The notes: generated from the letters alone by a model not told the origin. 63,836 bases of DNA, filler included, from Acidimicrobiia bacterium (GCA_029210695.1; 3 parts of 3 records of this genome joined end to end with filler, not necessarily neighbours in it); one strand, 5' to 3'. Counted from the whole stretch's first letter, positions 35,493-45,077 are shown. Made by a program: numbers and translations.

Positions 35493-37358
35493 ATGGGACT
35501 CGAGCTGTCCGACGTAGATCTCTATTTGTTCAACGAGGGCTCACATACGCGCTTGTTCGACAAACTCGGATGTCACCTCACCCCGGACGGAGCTATGTTC
35601 CGCGTCTGGGCACCGAACGCCGAGTACGTGTCTGTGGTCGGTGACTTCAACGGATGGGATCCGGCGGCGAGTCCAATGGTGGCGCGCGCCTCGTCCGGGA
35701 TCTGGGAGGCCATGGTTCCTGGTGTCGAATCCGGCGCTTCCTACAAGTTCCACCTCGGGGTCGGCAAGGGAGCAACTCTCGAGAAGGCCGACCCGTTCGC
35801 CTTCTGGGCGGAGGAGCCACCGAAGTCGGCCTCGCGCGCGACCTTGCTGGAGTACGAGTGGGGCGACGCAGCGTGGATGGAGCAGCGGACCGCCGCCCAC
35901 GATCGACCGATGTCCATCTACGAAGTGCACCTGGGCTCGTGGATGCGGCACGATGACGGGCAGCCGCTGACGTACAGAGAACTCGCCCCCCAGTTGGTTG
36001 ATCACATCACCAGCCTCAATTTCACGCACGTCGAGTTCTTGCCGGTGATGGAACACCCGTATGCGGGTTCGTGGGGATACCAGACACTCGGGTTCTTCTC
36101 GCCGACGGCGCGGTTCGGCAATCCCGTTGACTTCATGTATCTGGTCGACCAGCTGCACCAGGCCGGCATCGGGGTCATCCTCGATTGGGTGCCTTCCCAT
36201 TTCGCAGTGGACGGTCACGGCCTGGCCGGGTTCGACGGGACACATCTCTACGAGCACGCGGATCCGCGCCAGGGGTTTCACCCCGACTGGGGAACGTTCA
36301 TCTTCAACTACAGCCGGGATGAGGTGCGGAGTTTCCTGCTCTCGAGCGCGTTTTTCTGGCTCGACCTCTTCCACGCCGACGGGCTGCGGGTCGACGCCGT
36401 TGCTTCGATGCTGTACCTGGACTATTCCCGCGAGGACGGCGAGTGGCTCCCCAACGAATACGGCGGCAACGAGAACATCGACGCGATCTGGTTCCTGCGC
36501 AGGCTCAATGAGGAGGTCTACGGGAACTTCCCGGGCGTGCAGATGATCGCTGAGGAGTCGACGGCCTGGCCGATGGTGTCCGGCCCCACATATATCGGTG
36601 GTCTCGGATTCGGTTTCAAATGGGATATGGGATGGATGCACGACACGCTGTCGTATCTCTCCAACGAACCGGTCCATCGCTCGCATCATCACAACGAGAT
36701 CACGTTCCGGTCGATCTACGCCTTCACAGAGAACTACGTGTTGCCGCTCAGTCACGACGAAGTCGTGCACGAGAAGGGTTCTTTGCTCTCCAAGATGCCG
36801 GGTGACACCTGGCAACAGTTCGCCAACTTGCGACTGTTGTTTTCCTATCAGTTCGCCATTCCCGGCAAGAAACTGGTGTTCATGGGTGCCGAGATCGCCC
36901 AGCGGTCCGAATGGGACCACGACGGGAGCCTCCCGTGGCATCTGCTCGAGCACGAATCGCACCGTGGCGTCATGCAGTTGGTGTCCGACCTCGGTGCTCT
37001 CCACCGGGACGTGCCTGCGCTCTACGAACTGGACACCGACGAACGCGGCTACGCCTGGCTCGAAGGTGGCGACTGGGAACGCAGCATCCTGGCGTTCGCC
37101 CGTAAGGACATCGACGGGCATCCGGTCGTGTGCATCTTCAACTTCACACCCGTCCCGCGGACCGGCTATCGGGTCGGTGTCCCGGTCGGTGGGGAATGGG
37201 TGGAGATACTCAACTCCGACGACAGCCGGTATTGGGGGAGTGGACACCATCTCAACCAACCGGTCCCGGCCGAGGACATCGACTGGCATGGCTGTGACCG
37301 ATCGATCCTGGTCAACTTGCCACCCCTGGCGGCCATCTTCTTGAAGCCGTCCGGCTAG
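35493..37358 (+). CDS. glgB: 1,4-alpha-glucan branching enzyme
   Basis: FRVWAPNA, YEVHLGSW, DGLRVDAVASM, IAEEST, LSHDEVVH. Confidence 0.96.
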   Translation: MGLELSDVDLYLFNEGSHTRLFDKLGCHLTPDGAMFRVWAPNAEYVSVVGDFNGWDPAASPMVARASSGIWEAMVPGVESGASYKFHLGVGKGATLEKADPFAFWAEEPPKSASRATLLEYEWGDAAWMEQRTAAHDRPMSIYEVHLGSWMRHDDGQPLTYRELAPQLVDHITSLNFTHVEFLPVMEHPYAGSWGYQTLGFFSPTARFGNPVDFMYLVDQLHQAGIGVILDWVPSHFAVDGHGLAGFDGTHLYEHADPRQGFHPDWGTFIFNYSRDEVRSFLLSSAFFWLDLFHADGLRVDAVASMLYLDYSREDGEWLPNEYGGNENIDAIWFLRRLNEEVYGNFPGVQMIAEESTAWPMVSGPTYIGGLGFGFKWDMGWMHDTLSYLSNEPVHRSHHHNEITFRSIYAFTENYVLPLSHDEVVHEKGSLLSKMPGDTWQQFANLRLLFSYQFAIPGKKLVFMGAEIAQRSEWDHDGSLPWHLLEHESHRGVMQLVSDLGALHRDVPALYELDTDERGYAWLEGGDWERSILAFARKDIDGHPVVCIFNFTPVPRTGYRVGVPVGGEWVEILNSDDSRYWGSGHHLNQPVPAEDIDWHGCDRSILVNLPPLAAIFLKPSG

Positions 37359-37583
37359 ATCTACTCCTCCGAGCGCCGATAAGGCCTCCTCCGCAGTGTC
37401 ACCCACTTTCAGCGACATGTTCCGGGCGGCTGTGTTATTTTCCCTCCTACGTTCCTCCAGATGAGGAGCCATGGCTGCGGTACGGGGAGGCACCGTTGAC
37501 TTCGCGCATGATGAACGACGGTCTTCAGTGCATCCCTTTTGCCGCGCCGGATTTCGAACGAGCGCACGATATGGGAGGCAGTT

Positions 37584-39599
37584 GTGCAGACAACGAGACG
37601 TGACTTTCTGAAGATGGGTGCAGCCGCCGGGGCGGGCCTGTACATATCGACGAAGTCCGGGTGGATGAGGGTTGCGGGAGCGACCCCGGCAGCCCCCGGA
37701 TTGAGCGACCCGGCTTTCCAGCCAAAGTTTGTGAACCCGGTCCCGGATGCGATGGCGCCGAGCTTCAAGTATGCGCCGAAGAAGGGTCGAATCAAGGTAG
37801 CGGTTGGGCCCACGACCCAGTACACGGGGCTCGTCGATGATCTTGGCAACCCACTGCCGACACCCTTGTTCGGGTACGGAACGCCGGAGGGCGGGTACAC
37901 CTGGCCGGGCCGGACCTTCGAGCTCCAGAGCGGTGAGCCGGTTGAGGTCAAGTGGGAGAACAAGCTCCAGAACCCGGATGGCTCGTTCATCGAGCACCTG
38001 TTGCCGGTGGACACCTCGCTGCACTGGGCCTACTCCTTGCACGGCTATGAGGAATACGACATCGACAACTCGGGGATTCCGATTGTCTCGCACCTGCATG
38101 GCGGGCACACCGATTTCCAGTTCGACGGCAACCCTGAGTTCTTCTTCAGTCCGGGATACGGAGTGAGGGGACCGCAGTGGCGCGACAAAACCTACACGTA
38201 CAAGAACGATCAGCCTGCCGGGACTCTCTGGTATCACGACCATGCACTGGGCATCACCCGTCTGAATGTCTATGCGGGCCTAGCCGGGTTCTACATCCTG
38301 CGTGATGAGTTCGACACCGGGCTGCCGGACAACCCGCTCGGTTTACCCGCGTGGCCGTACGAGAAGGCTTACGCCATCCAGGATCGTATGTTCAACGCCG
38401 ACGGGTCCCTCTTCTATCCGGCGTTCCCGGGTGACCCGTTCTACGACGACTTCATCACCGGCGAGGGAGCGATTCTTCCGCCCGATCTGTTCCCCGGTGG
38501 CGGACCCACCGCCCTGGCCGAGTTCTTCGGCGACCATATGGTGGTCAACGGTGTTATCTGGCCGAAGGAAGATGTCGAGCCGCGCCACTACCGGATGCGG
38601 CTGTTGAACGGAACCGACAGCCGGTTCATGGTGTTCCAGTTCCGAGCGGTGGCACCGGGCGCCACCGATCTATCGAGCGCCAGTGCGCCGATCCCCTTCT
38701 GGGTCATTGGCAGCGATCAGGGGTTGGCCTCTTCGGCGACTCAGGTAGATACGCTGGTCAGCGAGCCCGGCAGTCGCTACGACGTCGTCTTCGACTTCTC
38801 AGGACTCGATGTGGGAAGCCGCATAGTCCTCACGAACATCGGTGGTGATGCACCGTTCGGAGGTGATTATGGAGAAGACCTCGATCTCGGGGACTTCTTC
38901 CCCGATCGGCAGACCGACCGGATCATGGCCTTCGATGTCAACCAGCCGTTGGACCCGAACGTGCCGGACAACTTCGAGCCGACGTTGGTCGGCGGTTATA
39001 GCGGGGTGACCGCGCCGTCCGTGCGAACACGCAAGGTTGCACTCTTTGAAGGTATGGACGAGTTCGGGCGGCTGCAGCCGCTGCTTGGCACGGCAGAACC
39101 CGCTACTGATCATCTGGGGAATCCGATCAACTGGCCGGACACTCCGCCCTATGTGAATGCGGGCTTGGTCGGACAGATGGAGGGCGCCATTGCCTGGCAC
39201 AGCCAGACGACGGAGAACCCGGCTCTCGGTTCCACCGAGATCTGGGAGATCTACAACGCCACCGGCGATGCACATCCGGTGCATCTGCATCTTGTGCATT
39301 TCGAGGTGCTCGATCGCCGAGAGTTCACAGCCGATGTGGTCGTGCAGCCCATCGTTCAACACAACGGACTGCTCGGCAACGGGTTCCGGTTGGAGAACAT
39401 CGAGGTCGGCGCTCTTGTGGATCCAGGAGAGGAGTACGTCGAAAACGCACCGAAGGATATGGTCACGGCACTGCCGGACCAGGTCACGCGGATCAAGGCA
39501 ACGTTCGACAAGCCCGGTCGCTACGTCTGGCACTGCCACATCTTGTCCCACGAGGACCACGAGATGATGCGAGTGCTCCACGTGGGCCCAGGCGCCTAG
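37584..39599 (+). CDS. Tat-exported multicopper oxidase (CotA/bilirubin oxidase-like)
   Basis: TRRDFLK Tat motif; HLHG, WYHDH, HPVHLH and HCHILSHEDHEMM copper motifs; GGAGG before GTG 37584. Confidence 0.92.
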   Translation: MQTTRRDFLKMGAAAGAGLYISTKSGWMRVAGATPAAPGLSDPAFQPKFVNPVPDAMAPSFKYAPKKGRIKVAVGPTTQYTGLVDDLGNPLPTPLFGYGTPEGGYTWPGRTFELQSGEPVEVKWENKLQNPDGSFIEHLLPVDTSLHWAYSLHGYEEYDIDNSGIPIVSHLHGGHTDFQFDGNPEFFFSPGYGVRGPQWRDKTYTYKNDQPAGTLWYHDHALGITRLNVYAGLAGFYILRDEFDTGLPDNPLGLPAWPYEKAYAIQDRMFNADGSLFYPAFPGDPFYDDFITGEGAILPPDLFPGGGPTALAEFFGDHMVVNGVIWPKEDVEPRHYRMRLLNGTDSRFMVFQFRAVAPGATDLSSASAPIPFWVIGSDQGLASSATQVDTLVSEPGSRYDVVFDFSGLDVGSRIVLTNIGGDAPFGGDYGEDLDLGDFFPDRQTDRIMAFDVNQPLDPNVPDNFEPTLVGGYSGVTAPSVRTRKVALFEGMDEFGRLQPLLGTAEPATDHLGNPINWPDTPPYVNAGLVGQMEGAIAWHSQTTENPALGSTEIWEIYNATGDAHPVHLHLVHFEVLDRREFTADVVVQPIVQHNGLLGNGFRLENIEVGALVDPGEEYVENAPKDMVTALPDQVTRIKATFDKPGRYVWHCHILSHEDHEMMRVLHVGPGA

Positions 39600-39620
39600 C
39601 AACCACTCCGACCGTTGACA

Positions 39621-39646
39621 GGGGGCCGCCCATCTGGGCGGCCCCC
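39621..39646 (+). terminator. GC-rich hairpin, probable terminator
   Basis: GGGGGCCGCCC-ATCT-GGGCGGCCCCC, 21 bp after the oxidase stop; no U-tract. Confidence 0.6.
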
Positions 39647-39660
39647 CAACGTCAACCCCG

Positions 39661-39707
39661 CTCTTGCGTCAGTTCGGTGCGCCATGCGCACTTCTTTGGC
39701 GCAAGTT
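39661..39707. repeat. 47-bp palindrome (TTCTTGCGT family, degenerate)
   Basis: CTTGCGTCA...TGGCGCAAG with the same spacing as 2099-2145. Confidence 0.65.
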
Positions 39708-39747
39708 CGCGTTTGCCGGGCGGCGGTTGGGCGTCCATCCTTGGAGG

Positions 39748-41091
39748 ATGGCGCCGCCACTCAATGAGATCCTGCTGACCCGCATCGCGGAGCACGGCCC
39801 GATCCCGTTTGAGGAGTTCCAGTCGGCCTCTCTGTACGACCCCGAACATGGGTTCTTCTCGACGGGGGAGTTGCGCTCCACGAAGGCAGGCGACTTCCTG
39901 ACCAGCCCTGAAGTCAGCCCGCTGTTCGGCGAGACGCTGGCAGCTTTCGTCGAGAAAGAGTGGCATCGAGTCCTCTCAACTGCGGCCGATGGCGATTCGG
40001 TCCCCCCAGCGAGCGAAGCGAGCGTCCGGGGGGAAGGTGCCGCCGCCGGAGGCGGGGGTAGGGGGGCGCTCTTCCACCTCGTCGAGGTGGGAGCCGGATC
40101 AGGGTCCCTCCTCAAACCACTTCTCGACACACTCACGGCTCCGATCGACGTCTGGACAGTCGAAGCATCCCCGATGGCGCGAGAGGCGCTGGCTGCGGTG
40201 GTGCCCCCCTACCCCCGCCCCTCCGGGGCGGCGGTACTTTCCCCCCAGGGGGGGGACCGAGTGCCCCCCGACCCCCGCCCCTCCGGGGCGGCGGTACTTT
40301 CCCCCCAGGGGGGGGACCGACAGCCCCCCTACCCCCGCCCCTCCGGGGCGGCGGTACTTTCCCCCCAGGGGGGGGACCGACAGCCCCCCTATCCCCGGTC
40401 CCGTGTTCTTTCCTCCCTCGACGAACTTCCCGACCACCTCACGGGGGTCATCATCGCTAACGAGTTGCTCGACAACCTCCCGGTTGCCGTCGCGGTCCGC
40501 ACGGAAGACGGCTGGCGCGAACGCTGGGTCGGTGCCGACGGAGACCAGCTCGTCCTCGTCGACGCGCCCGCCCGCCCGGAGGTGGTCGACTGGTGCGACC
40601 GCTTCGCCGGGCCGTGTCCGGTCGATGGCTTCGTAGAGGTGCAGATCGCCGCCGCGCAGTGGCTGGCGATGGCGCTCGGCAAACTCGACCACGGTGCGCT
40701 CCTCCTGATCGACTACGGCGACACCGCCGAGAACCTCGAACCCCGCCGCACCGAGGGGACGCTCCGCACCTACCGCGCTCATCACGTCGGACCGCATCCG
40801 CTCGACGCACCCGGCGAGACCGACATCACCTCCGATGTGAACTTCACGGCGCTGCAGGCGCTTGCCGCCGACCGCGGGGCAGACGTCGAGTATCACCGCC
40901 AGGACGAGTTCCTCTCCTCACTCGGCTTGCGCGAGCGGCTCTCGCAACTTCGCCGCCGGGAACTCGACCTCGCCCGCCACGGCGACCCACTCGAGCGGCT
41001 CAAGATCCGGTCGCGCAAGAACGAGGCTGAAACGCTGCTGAACCCCCGCGGCCTGGGCGACTTCCGGGTGCTGGTGGCCAGGGTCGGATGA
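39748..41091 (+). CDS. NDUFAF7/MidA-family SAM-dependent methyltransferase with in-frame repeat insertions
   Basis: GDFLTSPEVSPLFG, VEVGAGSG, IANELLDNLP, IDYG, PGETDITSDVNF, LGDFRVL. Confidence 0.88.
   Translation: MAPPLNEILLTRIAEHGPIPFEEFQSASLYDPEHGFFSTGELRSTKAGDFLTSPEVSPLFGETLAAFVEKEWHRVLSTAADGDSVPPASEASVRGEGAAAGGGGRGALFHLVEVGAGSGSLLKPLLDTLTAPIDVWTVEASPMAREALAAVVPPYPRPSGAAVLSPQGGDRVPPDPRPSGAAVLSPQGGDRQPPYPRPSGAAVLSPQGGDRQPPYPRSRVLSSLDELPDHLTGVIIANELLDNLPVAVAVRTEDGWRERWVGADGDQLVLVDAPARPEVVDWCDRFAGPCPVDGFVEVQIAAAQWLAMALGKLDHGALLLIDYGDTAENLEPRRTEGTLRTYRAHHVGPHPLDAPGETDITSDVNFTALQALAADRGADVEYHRQDEFLSSLGLRERLSQLRRRELDLARHGDPLERLKIRSRKNEAETLLNPRGLGDFRVLVARVG
39997..40066 (+). repeat. REP-like unit inserted in frame in the methyltransferase
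   Basis: TCGGTCCCCCC...GGGGGGAAGGT...GGTAGGGGGG, matching the DUF559-flanking units. Confidence 0.75.
40204..40396 (-). repeat. Three tandem 60-bp REP-like units (plus a partial one) inserted in frame
   Basis: Exact 60-bp period encoding PP(Y/D)PRPSGAAVLSPQGGDR(V/Q); near reverse complement of 41185-41239. Confidence 0.92.
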
Positions 41092-41118
41092 GTGGCCGGT
41101 CGGGTCTGGGTCTCTCCA

Positions 41119-41240
41119 GCCCCCCTCCCTTCGGATCCCGTGGATCCGAAGTACTCCCCCCAAGGGGGGAGCGAATGTAATCGTCGGTCCCCCCTTGGGG
41201 GGAAAGTACCGCCGCCCCGGAGGGGCGGGGGTAGGGGGGC
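41119..41240. repeat. REP-like inverted pair downstream of the methyltransferase
   Basis: Homologous to 34667-34720 and 33775-33828. Confidence 0.8.
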
Positions 41241-41288
41241 TCGGCAGGGGAGCGGGTCTTTCGCACCCGGCGACGCCGGAAGGAATCC

Positions 41289-41315
41289 TCAAGGTCTCGA
41301 ATCCTCCGCCGATGT
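41289..41315 (+). promoter_or_regulatory. Putative sigma28 (FliA/WhiG)-type promoter
   Basis: TCAA-N15-GCCGATGT upstream of parA. Confidence 0.45.
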
Positions 41316-41372
41316 ACTTCCTATGACCGGCCATAGGGACATCCACATGACTGTCCACAAGATGAACGTGCT

Positions 41373-42239
41373 ATGCATAACGTGATCGCATTCGCCAACG
41401 GCAAAGGCGGTGTCGGCAAGACTTCGTTGACTGCCAACTTCGCAGGCCTGGCCGCCGCGTCCGGGTGGCGGGTGCTGGCTGTGGACCTGGATCCGCAGGG
41501 CAACCTGGGAGCCGACCTGGGCTACGACCGAACGGACCAGGGTGACGACGGCCGCGAACTGATCGAAGCGATCATCCACCAACGCCGACCCAGGCCGATT
41601 CAGGCAGTGCGCACGAATCTCGATGTGGTGGCCGGCGGCGCCGCCTTGGATCAGTTCGTCGAACGGGTCGCCCGGGATGCCACGAGCAACCGGCTGCAAG
41701 CCGTCAGGCGGCCGCTGTCCGCTCTGGCGAACGATTACGACCTCGTCGTGCTGGACTGCCCTCCGACGGGTGGCATTGTCCTCCAGACAATGCTCGCCGC
41801 CGCTGCGTTTGTGGTCGTCCCCACCCGCCGCGATCTCGCCTCGATGCAAGGCTTGACCAGGGTCGCTCGGGAGTTCGCTGCGGTACGCTCCACCGTGAAT
41901 CCCGACCTGCGTCTGCTGGGGGTGGTCCTGTTCGAATTCGCCGCCCAGGACACCCGGCTGCTGGCCGAAACGCGGGGCATGCTGGAGGAACGCCTGTCAT
42001 CGATTGCCCCCGTCTTCGAAGGCTTCGTTCGCCAGGCTCGGCGAGCCTCTTCAGAGATGCGGCGCCTCGGTATGCTCGCCCATGAGTACGACGAAGCCAC
42101 CCGCGCTCCGGGCGCCCGGCGCCTGGCGGGGTCGGTGGTCGGCCTGGCCGCTGACTACCGGCAGATCACCGAAGCGATACTCGAGGAGTACGGTCGCCGA
42201 ACAGTTCCGGTGGCTGCCGATCCCTGGAGCGCCGCATGA
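41373..42239 (+). CDS. ParA/Soj family ATPase
   Basis: NGKGGVGKT, VDLDPQGN, LDCPP. Confidence 0.92.
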   Translation: MHNVIAFANGKGGVGKTSLTANFAGLAAASGWRVLAVDLDPQGNLGADLGYDRTDQGDDGRELIEAIIHQRRPRPIQAVRTNLDVVAGGAALDQFVERVARDATSNRLQAVRRPLSALANDYDLVVLDCPPTGGIVLQTMLAAAAFVVVPTRRDLASMQGLTRVAREFAAVRSTVNPDLRLLGVVLFEFAAQDTRLLAETRGMLEERLSSIAPVFEGFVRQARRASSEMRRLGMLAHEYDEATRAPGARRLAGSVVGLAADYRQITEAILEEYGRRTVPVAADPWSAA

Positions 42240-42676
42240 CCGAGAAACTCGATTTCAGTGGATTCAGCGCGGCCCCGGGGCGGGAACCGGCTCCTAGGCT
42301 GCCGCGAGCCGAGCAGAAACGAACCGTCCGGAAGCCGGCGGCCCCAAAGGTGGCCCGGCGCAAGCGTCGGGTCAACGTTTCGCTGGATCCCGGCATCAGC
42401 AGATGGGCGGTCGCAGCGGCCGAACACCGGGGACTAACCCTGTCGGACCTGCTCCGGGTCGCCTATCGCGAGCATTCCCAGCGTGTCGACGCCTCCTGGT
42501 TCGCCGGGGATCCGGTGCCCTTCGCCCACCGGTCGCCGACGAGCAACGGTCGGATGATTCACATGTTCTACCTCACCGACGCGGAAGTTCGCATCCTCGA
42601 TGAGTTGGCGGCTGCGCACGGGTCCTCCCGTTCGGCGGTCGCAGCGGCCCTCTTGAAGCTACTAAAGAGTAACTAG
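42236..42676 (+). CDS. Small basic protein with two ribbon-helix-helix-like segments (possible ParA partner)
   Basis: ATGA-coupled to parA; RRVNVSL...LTLSDLLR and HMFYLT...SRSAVAAALL. Confidence 0.55.
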   Translation: MTEKLDFSGFSAAPGREPAPRLPRAEQKRTVRKPAAPKVARRKRRVNVSLDPGISRWAVAAAEHRGLTLSDLLRVAYREHSQRVDASWFAGDPVPFAHRSPTSNGRMIHMFYLTDAEVRILDELAAAHGSSRSAVAAALLKLLKSN

Positions 42677-42746
42677 TCTGTCTGAGCAGTAGAGAAATGG
42701 CTGATTCTTCCTTAGCTTTCTGGATGTTTCTGCCGACAAGTACTGG

Positions 42747-44192
42747 GTGAACCGGTCGGCAACTTCCCTAACTCGTCGCACTCGTCGCAGCCGCGGTGAC
42801 ACGTCTGTGAGGTCCCGCCGGGACCGCCCGCTTCTCATCACGATCGGCACCGGTCTCATCCTTTTGCTGGTGGCCGGCATCGTCTTCAGTGCCGCCTGGG
42901 GTAGTCAGCGGATCACCAGGGCGGCCGCCGCCTTGCACAGTGCCGACGAGACCCTTCGATCGGCCACGGTGGTACGTGCGCAACTTGCTCTCGCCGTGCA
43001 CATGGCCGCGGTCGATCGGGAGTTCGGCACGAACTCGCTCGAAGCGCGGGCGGTGTCGTTGTCGGAAGCCGAGCAGGCACTGGGGGACATGGCCGCCGGT
43101 CTGGCCGGTTTGGAGAGGGAAGGTGAGAGTTTCGATCTCCCTGGGATTTTGGGGCCGGTGGTCACAGGATTTGAGGAGGCGAGCCTTCTGATCATCGAAG
43201 CGCTGGCAGACCGGGATTCCGTTTCGGCCCAACTGCTGGCCGAGTCATCGCTGGATCGTTCGTTCGAGGAACTGATGGTGGTGCTGGTCGGCGTGCGCGA
43301 TGGACTGGGCGTGAGCGTTGCAGCCTCCGACGACTTCCTGGTCACGGTTGGGAACTTCTCCAGGTTCCTGGTTGCCTTCCTCATTCCGGGCGCAATCATC
43401 CTGGTCTACCAACGGTTGTCGAGCCGCGCCCGCCGCCAGGCCGAACTCGAAGCCCGCCTCGATGCCGAACGGAGGCTCTCTCAGGCGCGTGAGGAGTTCA
43501 TCGCCAACGCGTCTCACGAACTTCGCACGCCCCTCACCGGTATTCATGGACTCGCCATGCTGTTGGACGACGACCCGGTCGTGCAGTCCTCCGAGGTGGC
43601 CGCCGAGTTCGTTGGAATGATCGTGTCGGAGTCGGCCGATCTGGGTCGGATGGTGGAAGATCTTCTCACGACGGCTCGTCTCGATGCTGGTGCCCTCACC
43701 TACGCCTTCTCGGATGTCGATGTACCGGACGAGGTGAGCGAGGTCCTCCAGCCGATGCGGCGAGCGAACTTCGAGGCGACCACTCATTGCGCGCCGGGGG
43801 TCATCCGGGCCGATCACCTTCGTTTCCGCCAGATCCTCCGCAACCTGCTCTCCAATGCGCGCAAGTACGGCGGGAACAAAGTCTGGATCGAGGGTCGGGT
43901 CATCGGCCGGAGCTACGAATTGGTCGTGGCCGACAACGGTGCCGGTTTGACCAGGGAACTCGAGGAACGAGTCTTCCAGCGGTTCATTCATCAGGACGAG
44001 CGGACCGCCGTCAAGGACAGTGTCGGACTCGGGCTCTCGATTGTGCGCCAGCTCGCCGAGGGCATGTCTGGCTCCGTCTCCTATGAGCGCACCGACGGGG
44101 TCACTCGCTTTGTTGTGACGATGCCACTAGCCGAGTCGGTAGCGGCGGCAGGACCGTTTGACGATCTCATCTCAGAGACCATTCCAACATGA
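42747..44192 (+). CDS. Membrane sensor histidine kinase (start uncertain)
   Basis: Two TM helices, ASHELRTPL, QILRNLLSNA, DNGAG, GLGLSI. Confidence 0.92.
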   Translation: MNRSATSLTRRTRRSRGDTSVRSRRDRPLLITIGTGLILLLVAGIVFSAAWGSQRITRAAAALHSADETLRSATVVRAQLALAVHMAAVDREFGTNSLEARAVSLSEAEQALGDMAAGLAGLEREGESFDLPGILGPVVTGFEEASLLIIEALADRDSVSAQLLAESSLDRSFEELMVVLVGVRDGLGVSVAASDDFLVTVGNFSRFLVAFLIPGAIILVYQRLSSRARRQAELEARLDAERRLSQAREEFIANASHELRTPLTGIHGLAMLLDDDPVVQSSEVAAEFVGMIVSESADLGRMVEDLLTTARLDAGALTYAFSDVDVPDEVSEVLQPMRRANFEATTHCAPGVIRADHLRFRQILRNLLSNARKYGGNKVWIEGRVIGRSYELVVADNGAGLTRELEERVFQRFIHQDERTAVKDSVGLGLSIVRQLAEGMSGSVSYERTDGVTRFVVTMPLAESVAAAGPFDDLISETIPT

Positions 44193-44917
44193 ACCCAATC
44201 ACTCCTCATGCCACACGAGGCGATCGCCGGGCGGCAGTCGTCCGGTCATTGGTGGAACGATCCCGGCGGCTCGGTCTGGGGCTGATGGCATTCCTCCTCG
44301 TGGTCGTCGGGCTTCCCCTCATCGATGCCAACGCCGACACTCCCGGACTCGAAATCTCACTGACCGCAGACCCCCAGGGAGCCGTCAAAACGGGTGACCT
44401 CATCACCTATCAGTACTCCATCTACAACGGCACCGGCCAGACACTCGTCGACCTCGACCTGGCGACCGACCTTCCCGACGTACTCACTCCCACAGCCACC
44501 CAGAGCCCGGTCATTGCCAGGGCGCTCACTCTCATCGCGTCAGACAACTTCGAGTCCGGCACGTTTGATGGCACTGCCGGCTCCCACGACTGGACCTCAC
44601 CTTGGACCGAATCCCCGGAAGCGGACGGTCCCACCCAAGGCTCTATCAAAGCCACGACCACCGCGGCCGGTGATCCGGTCGCCGAACTGCGCGGAAACGG
44701 TTCACAACTCTCCCGCACAGTCGACCTCACCGGATTCCCGGTCGCCTACCTGACCTACCGGATCAAACAACTCGACCTCCCTGAGAAGGCCACCATCACA
44801 GTCGCAGTAACGAACCCTGAAACCGGAGTGCAGGTAGCCATCGACCAAATCGAAGGAGCCGGCAGCGGATTCACCGACCCAGGGTTCGAAACCACCACCG
44901 TTGACCACGCTCATTGA
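44189..44917 (+). CDS. Secreted or surface protein with a DUF11-like repeat, probably truncated by an IS
   Basis: TM/signal segment, GDLITYQYSIYNGTG motif; the stop codon lies inside an IS-like end. Confidence 0.55.
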   Translation: MNPITPHATRGDRRAAVVRSLVERSRRLGLGLMAFLLVVVGLPLIDANADTPGLEISLTADPQGAVKTGDLITYQYSIYNGTGQTLVDLDLATDLPDVLTPTATQSPVIARALTLIASDNFESGTFDGTAGSHDWTSPWTESPEADGPTQGSIKATTTAAGDPVAELRGNGSQLSRTVDLTGFPVAYLTYRIKQLDLPEKATITVAVTNPETGVQVAIDQIEGAGSGFTDPGFETTTVDHAH

Positions 44918-44977
44918 AACTCCCCAGACCTGCTCACTGAAATTCCCCACCTCCTGAGAGGGAATACCCACTGTTGG
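44899..44977 (+). mobile_element. Probable IS21-family end
   Basis: Direct repeats GCTCA(T/C)TGAAA(C/T)TCCCCA x2, typical of IS21 termini; the contig ends here. Confidence 0.55.
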
Positions 44978-45077
44978 NNNNNNNNNNNNNNNNNNNNNNN
45001 NNNNNNNNNNNNNNNNNNNNNTTAATTAATTAANNNNNNNNNNNNNNNNNNNNNNNNNNNNNNNNNNNNNNNNNNNN
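44978..45077. other. Artificial contig spacer
   Basis: N44-TTAATTAATTAA-N44. Confidence 0.97.

Noticed and set aside
35541..38243. 900-aa minus-strand ORF, and similar long ORFs such as 30918-32459 and 3129-4499
   Set aside because: Antisense shadows of well-supported genes in high-GC DNA, with no recognisable motifs
40204..40396. Regularly spaced repeats as a CRISPR array (also 33708-34158 and 7276-7384)
   Set aside because: No unique spacers and no cas genes; the units are tandem or palindromic REP-like copies
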